DNA of 64,000 nt from Ginglymostoma cirratum (lineage: Eukaryota). The notes beneath the pieces were generated by a model. The model had not been told where the DNA came from. It searched no databases and saw only the letters and a program-made list of their open reading frames with translations. Positions 13,401 to 24,768 of the stretch are shown piece after piece. Location: the NCBI GenBank assembly GCA_024137785.1, contig JAHRHZ010000140.1:30547687-30611686 (forward strand), read 5' to 3'. Both the position numbers and the translations under genes were made by a program. Within the stretch, counting starts at the first letter, position 1, and every line of letters starts with the position of its first letter.

Positions 13401-13759
13401 GATTAGTTCTAATTTGGATGTTGCTAAGCAATTTAACTATTCAAAACCAGAAGTAGGTAGTCTTTCCAGGGTGTGCACTATCCTGGAAACCAGCCTATGA
13501 GTTCTCTTAATCTCTTTAGTTCTAGTGGACTCCTTTGCTGTCTCAAGTCCGTATACTGGAGCAACTACAATTGCTTGCTGGCCCAAATCCGAAAGAAAGT
13601 TTTAACTGTTTGTCTGAGGCTTGTCTTTGTTTTGGGGTTTTGCAGTGGGCTGATCTAGAGTCCCTCTGTTCAGGATATTTCCTGAGTGAGGCTATGCAAT
13701 TGCCTTTACTCAAGTGGTGTTCCTCAAGGACTGGTGAAGGTGTCCTCTTCATTCGGAAT

Positions 13760-14284
13760 ACCTTGTAACTCATTCTCCACTTGCTGCATTTTCCACTGAT
13801 AAAGTCAATTGTAGTGCCTGTTTGAAGTCCAGTTGAGCTTCAGCTGGTAGGCACTTTTGCATAGCTCCATCATTAATCCGTCATATCAAATGGTCTCTCA
13901 GCTTCTCGTTAAGGGTTAAACCAAAATCACATGCCTCTGCCAGTAGTCTTAATCTTGTCAAAGATCCTGATATGGATTCTCCTGGTTCTTGAATTGGCAA
14001 GTAAAGCTGATAGCATCTCAGAATTAGAGGAGGATTATGGTCATAATATTACTTAATTAAATCTGTCAATTCTTGAAAGGTTTTAGTATTTGGTGCCTCA
14101 GGGAACATTAAGCCCCTGATAACCAAAATAGCTGTGGGTCCACAAGCTGTCAGGAGAATTACTCATTGCTTTTCATCTGCTCCAATGTCATTTGCCTGGA
14201 AAAAAAGTAATGTATTTTTTCCGCATACTTGGCCCAGTCTTTGATGACAGGATCAAATGAGTCAAGCTCCTTAAATAACTGCAT
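13760..14284 (-). pseudogene. gag: Gypsy gag pseudogene
   Basis: MQLFKELDSFDPVIKDWAKY..QANDI..ILLTACG..QEPGESI..LAEACDFG..EKLRDHL, with stops and a frameshift. Confidence 0.85.
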
Positions 14285-14365
14285 GATTCCAGAAATGCTT
14301 ACCCCAACTCGAAGGCAACTGTTGCAAGTGAATTTCCTCAGGACCGTGGGCTTCCCTCATTACCA

Positions 14366-14601
14366 CTAAAATAACGCGACAGAGGCTGGTATCCTGTCAC
14401 CAAGTCACCCTTTGTTTACATGTGGAAAGTCCTTGACACTGATCCAACTTCCTCAGAACCAGCTCTCAGAGTGAACAGAACCTTTAATACTCCTGTTTAT
14501 ATCTGTTAGCCGGGACTCCCTGATTGGATCAGATTAACAGCCCCAATCAGGGAATCATATTCTTTGAGGTCCACCTGGCTAACCTCATTACAATCACTAC
14601 A
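14366..14601 (-). repeat. 5' LTR of the Gypsy element
   Basis: Starts TGTAGTG on minus and contains a TATA-like tataaa. Followed by PBS-like tggtaatgag just upstream of the gag ATG. Confidence 0.7.
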
Positions 14602-15189
14602 CTGTGCCTCCATTTTGAAGTATAAAGGTGCATTGGAGCATAATTTGTCATTTGCATGTTTTATACTGGATTTTCAGTCTAGGCTCTGTGAGCTCCACCC
14701 CTGCCTTGCTTTGCCATTGGGACCGGCAGTCCAAGTAGTGCTGTTGGGATTACTAGTCTTCTGGCTAATCAGATTGGCAGGCTGCATGCTGAGGTGGGAC
14801 TCCTACCCAAGTGAGAGGTGGAAATCCTGAATCCAATCAGTTAGTACTCAATGTATTAAATGGTTTGGGGCAGTGAGCATTGATGGAAATGTATTCTCCA
14901 CTTACTGGTCAAATGGTGAGGCCCGAAACCCTACTATTTCACATTCTATCCTTGTTTGACTTGTGCTGATGGACGATGCCTCTTATGAGCCACCCATTGG
15001 ATACTTCCTTTGCAAACAACCTTGCATGGAGTTTAACCTTCTGTTGCACATCTCCTCCCAACTGATGATCAGCTTCTTTTAATATATTTAAGGTACAGTT
15101 TTTTTAAATATAAAAGGTAGCTCAGATTAATGGTAACAAGATAGATCCCATGTGTTTCATGTTGCACCCCCCCACTAAATCTCAGCAGC

Positions 15190-16500
15190 TACAAAAGCTT
15201 GCATTTTTACAATACCTTAAACAAGGAAAATGTCATCTCAAGTCAAATCTAATGTAAAAATGGATAGGAAGCCACAGGAGGTATTAGGACCATTGCTCAA
15301 AAGCTTGGTTGAAGCTGCAGATTTCTTGCCGAATCTTAAAGGAGATGATGGAATGAGAAAGACAGAGGGGTTCAAAAAGAAAGTTTTAGGGTGTGAAGCC
15401 AAGACAATTAATGATACTAGGGACCCATTAGTTAAATAAATGGATGGATTTGTTTTAGGCTGAGAGTTGAAGTTTGAAATTTACTTCTTGACCCAAAGTT
15501 GCCTCCATTTCAATTTTTAACTAAAAGTGGAAGGTGGACCCAATCTGCAGTTTAATTATGAGACATTATGATCTCGTTGTCGATGTTAAAAGTCAATAAT
15601 CAGATTTGCTGAGCCATTCAGAACCTGCCAAATTCCACAAAACATGGATCTCATAAATTTAAGATTTAAATGCCTTGAGTCCAGGTGCTCAAATGAAGAA
15701 GGCCCACAATCACTCCTCATCCCCTCACCCCATTCCTCTGACCTTATACTTGAAGCCTCTGAGCTCTCCACCTTCCACTATGCACCTCTCCCCACTCTCC
15801 CCATTTCCCACTGGGCCTCTCCCAAACCATATGTAGCCATGGGGAGGGGTATACATAAGAGGTGGTGTCACTGTTCCAGTAAAAGGTCAGGATGTATAAC
15901 AAGAGGAGATTTTAGCGATGGAGTGGGAGCAAACACTAAGGCAGATTTAAACACAAGGCTGTGATTTTGAACTTGATATACTTGAAGTATATCATGGCTG
16001 AGGGAGACAGGGAGATGAATGATATTAGCCTGTTTCTATGCTCTGCGTATAATATTACAGAAATCAAAGTAGGCTGTCTTGGTGACGGAGAAAATAAGCA
16101 AGGCCCAGTCTTAGCTCTGAGTTGAATATAACATTAATGCTCTGAACACGTCAATGTCAGCAAGGACAGTGACTAGATGAGGGTGGAATGAAGATAGCAT
16201 TGATGAAACTGGTGCTGATTTGGTTGCAAGTTTCGAGCTGATGGATATGGTATTCCCAATACTTAATTGGAGGAAGTTATAGCTCATCCAAAACTGGATA
16301 TCAGTCAAATAGCCTGACCACACAAAGGCAGCGGAGGGGTCAAAGGAGAGGCTGTAGAGGTCAAGCTGAGCATTCTCTACATCCTGTTTAGATGTTACAA
16401 AGGAGGAGCATGTCAATGGGGTAGGGGAAAAAGCGAAAGATTTTTATTTGTGGGAATTGTTGAGGTGACAATATGAGATGGGAATAAATGTTATAGGTAT
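15190..16500 (-). mobile_element. L2 LINE fragments (15190-15430 and 15870-16500)
   Basis: Translation YLTDIQFWMSYNFLQLSIGNT resembles the L2 RT motif LSDIxxWMxxNFLQLNxxKT. Confidence 0.7.
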
Positions 16501-17387
16501 AAGTACTCTTATGATCGCGAAAACAAGGGTGGAACCAAATGTCAATATTGAGACCACCAGAAAATGTAAAATATAAATCAAATGCAACACTTAAAAATAT
16601 AAACATGCCAGAGAAGTTTCTTTAAACGTTGAGCATGTTATATGAATATAAAGCACATTGGGAGAGGATAATTTATGAAAAATAGTCCACCTGGTCCCCA
16701 CCACAATAACTCATTTGCACTTGTATTGCTTATGAGTTATGCTACCAGCACCACTTAGTACTTTATTTTGCATAAAATGCCAGTCCCAATGTGTATCCTG
16801 GATTTATAAATTAAACAGAACTAAGGGATGCTATGACCTATAAATCAACCCCCAACCTGACCCTCAGCACACCCCTGCAGGCGATAACAAGAAATCAAGG
16901 ACAGCAGAATATGATTTATAGCAAAATAGTCGGAGCTGCTTTTGACTTTTTTTTGTTACACTAGTTTATCAGATTATAGCCCTTTCTCGTACAAGCTTAG
17001 CATTTACAAAGCAATCGTGTCACTGGAGAAAAAAGCTGCCAGTCTATGGTAGTCAATGTAAGATGATTCTAACTGTAAAGGTATCTGGGAGTTGACCTAA
17101 GAATTTTTATCTATTCAAATTAGGACTAAAACAGGGCAACAGTTACAAAACTGCTCTTGTGGAAATATAATGTAAAAATATATTTGAAATCAATTATCAT
17201 TAGTCAAATTCTGAAATAAAGACCATTTGAAAAAGATGACACTGTTAAATGAGGGAGTTTGGTAAAAAAATTATTTCATAGCACAAGTAGTGTGTTCTGA
17301 ATACTGTGGAAATGCTGTTTACATGGCAGAAGAAAGGATATTTATCATACATAAATATTTATAACCAAAAGCATAGCGATATATGCA

Positions 17388-17720
17388 GGAGATAGCAAGA
17401 ACTGCAGATGCTGGAGTCAGAGACAGTACAGTGTGGAGCTGGAGGAACACAGCAGGTCAGGCAGCATCAGAGGAGCAGGAAAGTTGATGTTTCGGGTCAA
17501 GACCGTTCTTCAGAACTGTCTTTCTGGAGGGAGGAGGACAACTTCTTCAAGGTGGGCATCCCTGGAAGAGGCTTCACAGTGGGGTTATACGTCTTGGAGA
17601 TAGCACAAACTGCAGATGTTGGAGTCAGAGACAACACAATGTGGAGCTGGAGGAACATAACAGGTCAGACAGCATCAGAAGAGTAGGAAAGTCAACTTTT
17701 CGAGTCGGGACCCTTCTTCA
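17388..17720 (-). mobile_element. Partial-tandem Penelope-like pseudo-LTR pair with 10-bp TSD
   Basis: Two direct copies (about 17389-17514 and 17597-17720) with an 80-bp spacer. Exact gatatatgca at 17378-17387 and 17721-17730. Each copy has CTGAAGA-stem-GAAA on minus. Confidence 0.85.
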
Positions 17721-19599
17721 GATATATGCAACGTGATTCTGATTAAGATCATAATGATCTGATCACTTCATCAATAAGTTTGCCTAAGATTTTACTACAA
17801 AAACACTGACTAAATGATGCTTCACAGAAAAAGAAAAAAGTGGGTGAATAATATTATGAGTAATAAAAAGTTTGTTGTAAGCAGTAAATTTGAAGGAGGA
17901 GCTCAAATAATTAGAGGAAGATTAAGCTATAGTAGTATTTCTATGGATGTTGTAGAAAATGGGCCCTGGATGATTGAAAACTTGTTAACTCATAATGGGG
18001 AGAAAGGAACAATGGATGCTCAAAGACCTGGAGTAAGAGAAATAGAAACTTTGAGAGTGAAGGTGTTATAATACTGGAGAAAGTTAGATATATGGGGACA
18101 TTAGCAGCTACTGTAGATCAGCTGAGACATGGATAATAGGAAAGCTAGACTTGGTGGATGGAGGGGATATGGACTGCAGAATGGAGGTGTTGAATGGTTT
18201 CCTTCCCCATCAATTTTTCTTAATCCTGTTTACTCTGGTCCTCAGCCCTTTGCCAGAGCATGCTCACCTGGTTTCACTGTTTTTCTTCATCATGGGACCG
18301 TCTGCAGTTCTGGAAGTGGCCATTGCTTGCAATGTTGCATCCAGGACAAGAAAGCTGCCTCCAATGTGATTGGCCAGCAACTCTTAGGGCTAGGAACCCC
18401 CATCCAATGGAGCCAGCGAGGGTGTGTTGGGATCACCCCCACTTGTAATGACTAGGGGTAATGATCCTGCTTTCTGTGTAAAATATATTCTCATGCAATC
18501 TGTTTCTCAAAGATTAACCTAAGTTATTACTACAATTATACCGTTAGTTCTGATGTAAGGTGAAAGTTCTGTTCCTGCGTGATCTCACTTTATAAGAAAA
18601 TTGTACAATAGCTGCACCATTTAAACCAATGGGGCTGGAATAACATTATAGCCAACACAGGTAAGGGAAGTTTGCATTCTACAAATAATGGTCTAAATTC
18701 TTCAATCGTGTTAAAGCCAATTCGCGTTGAAGAAACACGTGTCATAGCAGAGCCCACAGTATTTATAAATTGGAAAGAAATAGAATAAATGAAATGCAAT
18801 CTACAGTTGCTGCAATCTTTACAATGTAAGTAGCTTCAGAAAACTAAAAGAAAAATTTCCATATTAAGTAATAAGGCTGGGTAGATACACTGTAGTTATC
18901 AATGAGCATGACAAAGGATGTTTAGGTATATTAAAGTCTGGACAGAACAAATATGATCAGCTGACAGTTTTTTTCTGGCTGTATCATTCCAACAATGATC
19001 CAGGAATTGATTGACAATAGTTGTGGCATTTTTATGGAGTGTGAAGCTAAATTTTCAGGTCCCTCTATGGTGTTGGTAGGGAAATGAAAGTACCAGCCTG
19101 GTGTACTTGTTTTCTGAATGTATTCCTGGTGCTGGCATGTTTGACCAAGGTGAGATGGTGGCCTCATTGCTCATGAAGAGATTTGCTTAGATTTTCATGG
19201 TGGCCAATGGGCTGCATGCACTATCTGGAGAGCAGATCGGCTGAATGGAGACAGACATGCAGCAGGAATCCGGTCATGGCTAATCTCGGGAATTAGTTTG
19301 GAGTCATAAAAAAATGGTTAAAAAGTGCACCGGCAACTTGGCCCCTGGGAGACACGTGCCATCAGCTCTGTATAGGTCGTGGGAGAGTGGGCAGTAAGCA
19401 CTTGGGCAAGAGGTCATCACTTTCTCAGTACCGTTGGAATATAAAAGGATCAGACAGCACATAGAGAAATAGGGCTCCATCTGAGTTCAAAGAATGCTGC
19501 AGCTAGTAGTGGGAGTATGACTCAAAGATTTCAGGTGCTATACAACAAGGAATAAAATACTGCACAGGAAAGGCAGAGCCCAAGACCTGGAGGACAGGG

Positions 19600-20520
19600 A
19601 AGAGGAGATAGAAGTCAGGGAGGTGATATGCTTTGTTTTGGCTGAAGCTTGAAAGACAGCACTATTTGAAGATAAGCAAGACCCAGTGCCAGAAGATGCT
19701 GCGACTCTCCAGGCACAGTGCCCTCATTTCCTTCATCGCACCCTGCGCCCCATGCTTTGTCAATAGCCTTCACTCTGGTCATCACCTTCTTTGCTTCTGA
19801 CCCCGTCCATGGATTGTCTGTGGATCGTAGCAGTGTTTCAAAAATGGCTGCACACCATTGCGTCTCACTGTTTACAGATGCTCTATTTGTCAGATTTGGG
19901 CAATACATTCAGTTCCAAATACTGTGGCCCTGCAGAAAGAGAGGACATTGGGATTTTCAACCATTGCTGGAGTCGTCAAGTGCTGGATATTATTGATTAC
20001 ATCATTGTGACCATCAAAGCACCTAGTGACTGGCCACTGACACTCAATCAACAGAAAAAACTTCCATTCCCTCAGTGTTCATCTGGTCTGTGAGATTATG
20101 GGATGCACTTTGTCTTTAATTGTTATACCTAAGTCATTTACAATTACAGGCATTTTTAATCAACCTGTTCAGAAATGGTGTTTGGACAACTGGGATTTGA
20201 ACCTGAGTCTCCTTGCTCAGAGGTAAGAATGTTAATACTGTGCCACAAAAGATCTTTAAAGAACCCAGCACTTTAAAAAAAACAACCCATTCAGGGATTT
20301 TATAGCACATTATGCAGAGCAGGTGGGGCTTGAACCCAGGCCTTCTGACCCAGAGGTAGGGATGCTACCACTAGAGTGTCTGACAAGGCACTGCTGTCCT
20401 CTATGATGATTGACAACTGCTCCTATTCATTGGAAGCTGTGTGTATCAGTGCTGGTAGTAGATCCTCAACAGCACTATTGCTCTGCATCTTCCTGAGCAA
20501 TCAATAGGTGCCCTGGGCAC
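19600..20520 (+). pseudogene. Harbinger (HARBI1-like) DDE transposase remnant
   Basis: HALSIAFTLVITFFASDPVHG..VSKMAAHHCVSLFTDALFVRFGQYIQF, then QVLDIIDYIIVTIKAP and INRKNFHSLSVHLVC across frameshifts. Interrupted at about 20110-20375. Confidence 0.85.
20110..20375 (-). repeat. Insert with two tandem tRNA-like (Pol III) heads
   Basis: ggatttgaacctgagtctcc..cagaggta (about 20193-20245) and gggcttgaacccaggcc..cagaggtaggg (about 20326-20372). Confidence 0.55.
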
Positions 20521-21189
20521 ACAACTATACCGTGTTCAGAAGCAGCATCAATCCTGAGGCTCTTTAGCTGTGGTTCTCCTGGAGGTGATATAAACAGAAG
20601 ACTGTCCTGAGAGTTTAACATTGCACTCGCTTTTTCAAAGTGTATCATTAAACCTCTTCCAACATTGGATTTAACTTTTGCAAGTCACAGTCTGACAACT
20701 GATTGTGTCAGCTGTCCCTGTTCAGGCCTGCTTGGTCTCGATAGCTATCCATGTCCTGCCACCCTCTAGGAAGGTGACCTCACTCTCATCCATTACAACC
20801 AGAGGAGGAACTCCAGGGTCATGTTACAGAATCAACAGGCTGCTCTGCCCTGGTTTCCAGGCTTCTTCCTATCCTGAGACATTCCAGTTTCCTCACAATA
20901 CACTTTCTTCCAAGATGAAGTTAGTACATTCATATGGCAATCATAGTAATAGCTATTGCGTACAGTTTAAACCAGGTCTAAACCTCCACAGTCTTATCAC
21001 TGTTCCCATTGCTCATGGCTGCTAATCAGCCATCCTTGTCTTCAGGCCAATTAAGGTTGCCCCACCCATCAATGACTGCATTGGGCAAGCTTTCAGACTC
21101 AGAAATGGACTTCACTTCCACTTCCACCTCCACATCAAAACTCCTGTCTATGCTGTCTGTAATGTTTAATGTTCAATTGATCAGACTGT

Positions 21190-21302
21190 TTAGAAGAATG
21201 AGAAATGATCTCACTGAAACATATAGGATTCTTAAGGGGTTTGACGGAATAAACGCTGAGAGGATATTTCCCCTCAAGGGAGTGTCTAGCACCAGAGGGC
21301 AT
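21190..21302 (+). mobile_element. CR1 LINE ORF2 C-terminal fragment
   Basis: RRMRNDLTETYRILKGFDGINAERIFPLKGVSSTRGH. Confidence 0.85.
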
Positions 21303-22087
21303 TATTTTGTTGATGTCCCTGATGCTGTTTCCATTCCTCTCATCCTTATCCTCTGTAATCATCCAACATTGTTTTCACAGCACTTGCTTCTTTCAGCTAT
21401 TCCATATTGTCTGTTGTTATAAAGTAGTGTGATGATTTTAATTCTTTCAGTTTGTTAATATTATAAATTATCTAATCAATCAGGATCAATTGCAATCAAA
21501 ATGGTGAGCATGTTGAATTTAATCAGAACTTAAGACAAAATGTAACAGTAACTATACACCAAAACAATACTTCCATGACAAGTAGGGAGCGTTGATTAAG
21601 ATCAGGGAGGATGGCTTGCATGTGCATACAGCCCTTTCTGTCTCTTCTCTTTAATTTTCAGTGCCTCATGTCCTCACAAGAAAATTGGTCAAGTGTTAGC
21701 ATGAATCTACCTTTAGTGTTTCATTCCACCACTTACTGCATTGAGGTATCCAAAAGAGTCTCTTTGGACTCTTTCTTAAGGATGATTGTTGATAGAATCT
21801 GATGGCTCTATAAAGATTAATTGTATTTCACAATTTCTAACAAGATGTTAAGTTCTTTGTCTAAACCACAGTTTGATATCCCATCCTTAATATCAATTAA
21901 TGTTCACCTGCTATTAACGTCTTGAGCCCTTGCATGCACCTTCTGTCCTTGATCATTCAGGTCTTTTACATTATTTCCCTTATCTCACTCATGGCTATTC
22001 TCCATACAATACCAGTCACATCACTGGTCTAACTTTCTGGGCCTCTGTTATTTGCACTGACCAGTTAATTTATTTATATCATTCATA

Positions 22088-22595
22088 ATTTTGGTCCCCT
22101 TATTTAAGGAAATATATCACTTCATTGGAAGCAGTTCAGAGACGGTTCATGAGGAGGATCCCTGGTGTGGAGGGATTATTGCATGAGCAAGGGCTAAACT
22201 GGTTGGGAGTCTAGTCACTAGAGTTTGAAAGAATGAGAAGTTAGCTCATTGAAGCTTATGTCTTGGCAGGATAAATGCTGAGAGGATGTTTCCCCTCATG
22301 GGAAAGTCTAGGACCAGAGTACATAGTCTCAGAATTAAGTGCTCCAATTTAAGACTGAGATGAAGAGGAATTTCTTCACTCAGAAGGTTGTGAGTCTTTG
22401 CAACTCTTTTCCACAGAGAGCTGTGGGGGCAGAATACTTGTGTTTATTTAAGGTTGAAGTAGACAGGCACTTGATCAGTCAGGGAATTAGGGGTAATGAG
22501 GAAAAGGCAGGAAATTGGAAATGAAGAATGCCAAATCAGCCATGAATCATGGTGCCAAACAGCCTTCTCCTGTTCCCCTTTCCTATGATCTTCTA
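22088..22595 (+). mobile_element. CR1 (HER1-like) LINE 3' end
   Basis: FWSPYLRK..LEAVQRRF and FKTEMKRNFFTQKVVSLCNSFPQRAV, followed by a 3' UTR ending tcctatgatctt. Confidence 0.9.
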
Positions 22596-22671
22596 AGGCC
22601 TGTCAAATGAACTGTACACAATGGCTATCCTTTCAAAGCCATCTAAATCCTTATCACTTTCTTGGGCCATA

Positions 22672-23352
22672 GGGCAGGATTTTACATGGGGATTATGACT
22701 CTGTTCAGTAGCAAAAAAATTGGGGTAAGACCACCTTCACTGTCCCAGGAAACCATGACAAGATTTTACAATCATTAGATTATCAATTACCTAAGGTTAT
22801 GATTTTTGTCCCAAGGTATCAAGTACATGCTACTTTGAGAGATGTTTGGTAGCACTTCAATTTCAACAGTGGGTACCGCTGGAACTGCAGCTAGACCCTG
22901 ATAAGGAAGGACTGAAAGATAAATGGGGTGGCCATTATGGCAGACCTGTCACTGAGGGGCGGTGGTGATCAGAAGGCCAGGGGTTGTTGGGTAAGTCCCT
23001 CCATTGTGGGCAGGTGGGTGGGAGATTAGCAAGTGGTGGGTGACCTTCTATTTTGCAGGGACAACCTCAATCTAAGACTACAACAGCAGTATTCTTGGTG
23101 GTTTCACCACAAGCACACCATGCTCGCTACTGGTAAAGCTCTGACAGCAGTAGGAGGAGGCCTATAAATGGTCATAGCTGCCTGCATTAAGGGCCTCAAT
23201 TGGCCCAAAAGATCCCACCCCCACAACTACACCACCACTTGAACGGTATCAGCAGAAGTGAATAAACGATGGGTACACTGATTCCACCACCTCATCCAAT
23301 TGTACGCTATCCTACTGTTCATCCATTCCTGGGGAGACATAAAATTCCACCA
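22672..23352. mobile_element. Non-autonomous Harbinger-like MITE
   Basis: Imperfect terminal inverted repeats gggcaggatttta / taaaattccacc. The GC-rich interior resembles other MITE-like blocks in the window. Confidence 0.45.
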
Positions 23353-23989
23353 CTAAGAATTGTTAATAAAGGTAGTCATTATTCTATTCCAACATACCAA
23401 GTATCTTTTACATTTCAGTCGGCATTTAGCAAATAAAACAGTAACTACACTGCAAAGCTGTTAGGATTGTTTGTTTTAAGTATCAAGCCAGTTGATCTTC
23501 CAATATTGTAAACTGACTGGGGCCCCTTGTCAGGCTAGCTACAGCTATCAACACCTATGTGTCATTATTCCAGTGATTTGTTTCTAGGGAAAAAAAAACC
23601 ATAAGCTGTTTTCAGTAAAATTAAACCGAGAGCATAAACCTATTCCTTTGACTTTTTCAAACTGAGTTTATACATCTGTGCTAAAGCAGATTACCAATTT
23701 TAACAGTAGTCATAATACAAAGAGTGGTGACCTGTCAAAGTTTGACAAGTGAGTGAAGAAGGGTGTCTAGATCTTATTCTAAGAGACTAATGTGTATGAA
23801 TGTAAACTTAACAGCACTATGTAATCAAGATATTTATTAGCTCCATAAAAGCATGTGAACTTAAACTATAAGTAAAACAAAATAGGTGAGGTTAAAAATA
23901 TACTTATTCTTGAGTAGAGAAGTGTTTAGGATTAGGAGTTGTTGAGTAGAGAGGAGTGATGTTGTTGAAGTGGAGTTAGAGGATTGCTG

Positions 23990-24187
23990 AGATAACAAGG
24001 TGTAGAGCTGGATGAACACAGCAGGCCAAGCAGCATCAGAGGAGCAGGAAGGCTGACGTTTCGGGCCTAGACCCTTCTCTGAAACATCAGCCTTCCTGCT
24101 CCTCTGATAGTGTTTGGCCTGCTGCGTTCATCCAGCTGTACACCTTGTTATCTCAGATTCTCCAGAATCTGCAGTTCCTACTATCTG
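23990..24187. mobile_element. Palindromic Penelope-derived mini-element with 12-bp TSD
   Basis: Inverted arms. Exact agaggattgctg at 23978-23989 and 24188-24199. Confidence 0.9.
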
Positions 24188-24559
24188 AGAGGATTGCTGC
24201 AGTGGTAGCTAGAAACTGGGGAGGGATCTTGTTAGCTGAGATGAGGTTGCAGATGAGGTGTTGAGAATTCTTCAGCTAGGAGTGGGGACTGTTGATTGGT
24301 GGAAGGTGGTTTAAAACTATTGGGTTTGCCTAGAAAAAGTGAAGACCAATCATTTTACATCCCGTGGTTGAAGCTGCAACTGAGTGTCAAAGAACTGGGT
24401 GACTAAAGTACATCCATCAACAGAAATACAACATGAACACTTAAAGGGTCTGTCAAACTCAGCCCAAAATGCATGGCTGCCATTGTGGCTTCAGATTTTG
24501 CAGTCCCAGAATTTCATTCAGTGACCACAGGGGTGGGGTTTCACAACCCAGAGTCTGTC

Positions 24560-24768
24560 CCGAGCTCCTGAATTGTCCCTCCCTAAATATCTCTACCTCT
24601 CTTTGCTCTTTGAAGATGCTGCTTAAAACCTACCTCTGTGACTGAGATTTTGGTCACCTGCCCAATTATCTCATTATGTTGCTAGGTGTTAAATTTTGTT
24701 TGATAAAGCAAAGCAACGTGGGATCTTTATTACATTAAAGTTGCTATGTAAAAGTAAGTTGCTGTTGT
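24560..24768 (+). mobile_element. L2-type LINE 3' end
   Basis: cttaaaacctacctctgtgac...ttacattaaagttgctatgtaaaagtaagttgctgtt, typical of L2 tails (recalled consensus). Confidence 0.7.

Larger units (their letters stand above)
10330..14601 (-). mobile_element. Degenerate Gypsy/Ty3 LTR retrotransposon (K02A2.6-like)
   Basis: Order on minus is LTR, PBS-like site, gag, protease, RT, RNase H, integrase (Gypsy order). Many stops and frameshifts. Confidence 0.93.

Noticed and set aside
19718-20093. Host HARBI1 gene
   Set aside because: Frameshifted, interrupted and degenerate, so it is a transposon relic rather than the domesticated gene.
23900-24335. Minus-strand Ser/Pro-rich exon-like segment
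   Set aside because: Contains stops, has low-complexity strand bias and is interrupted by a young insertion.
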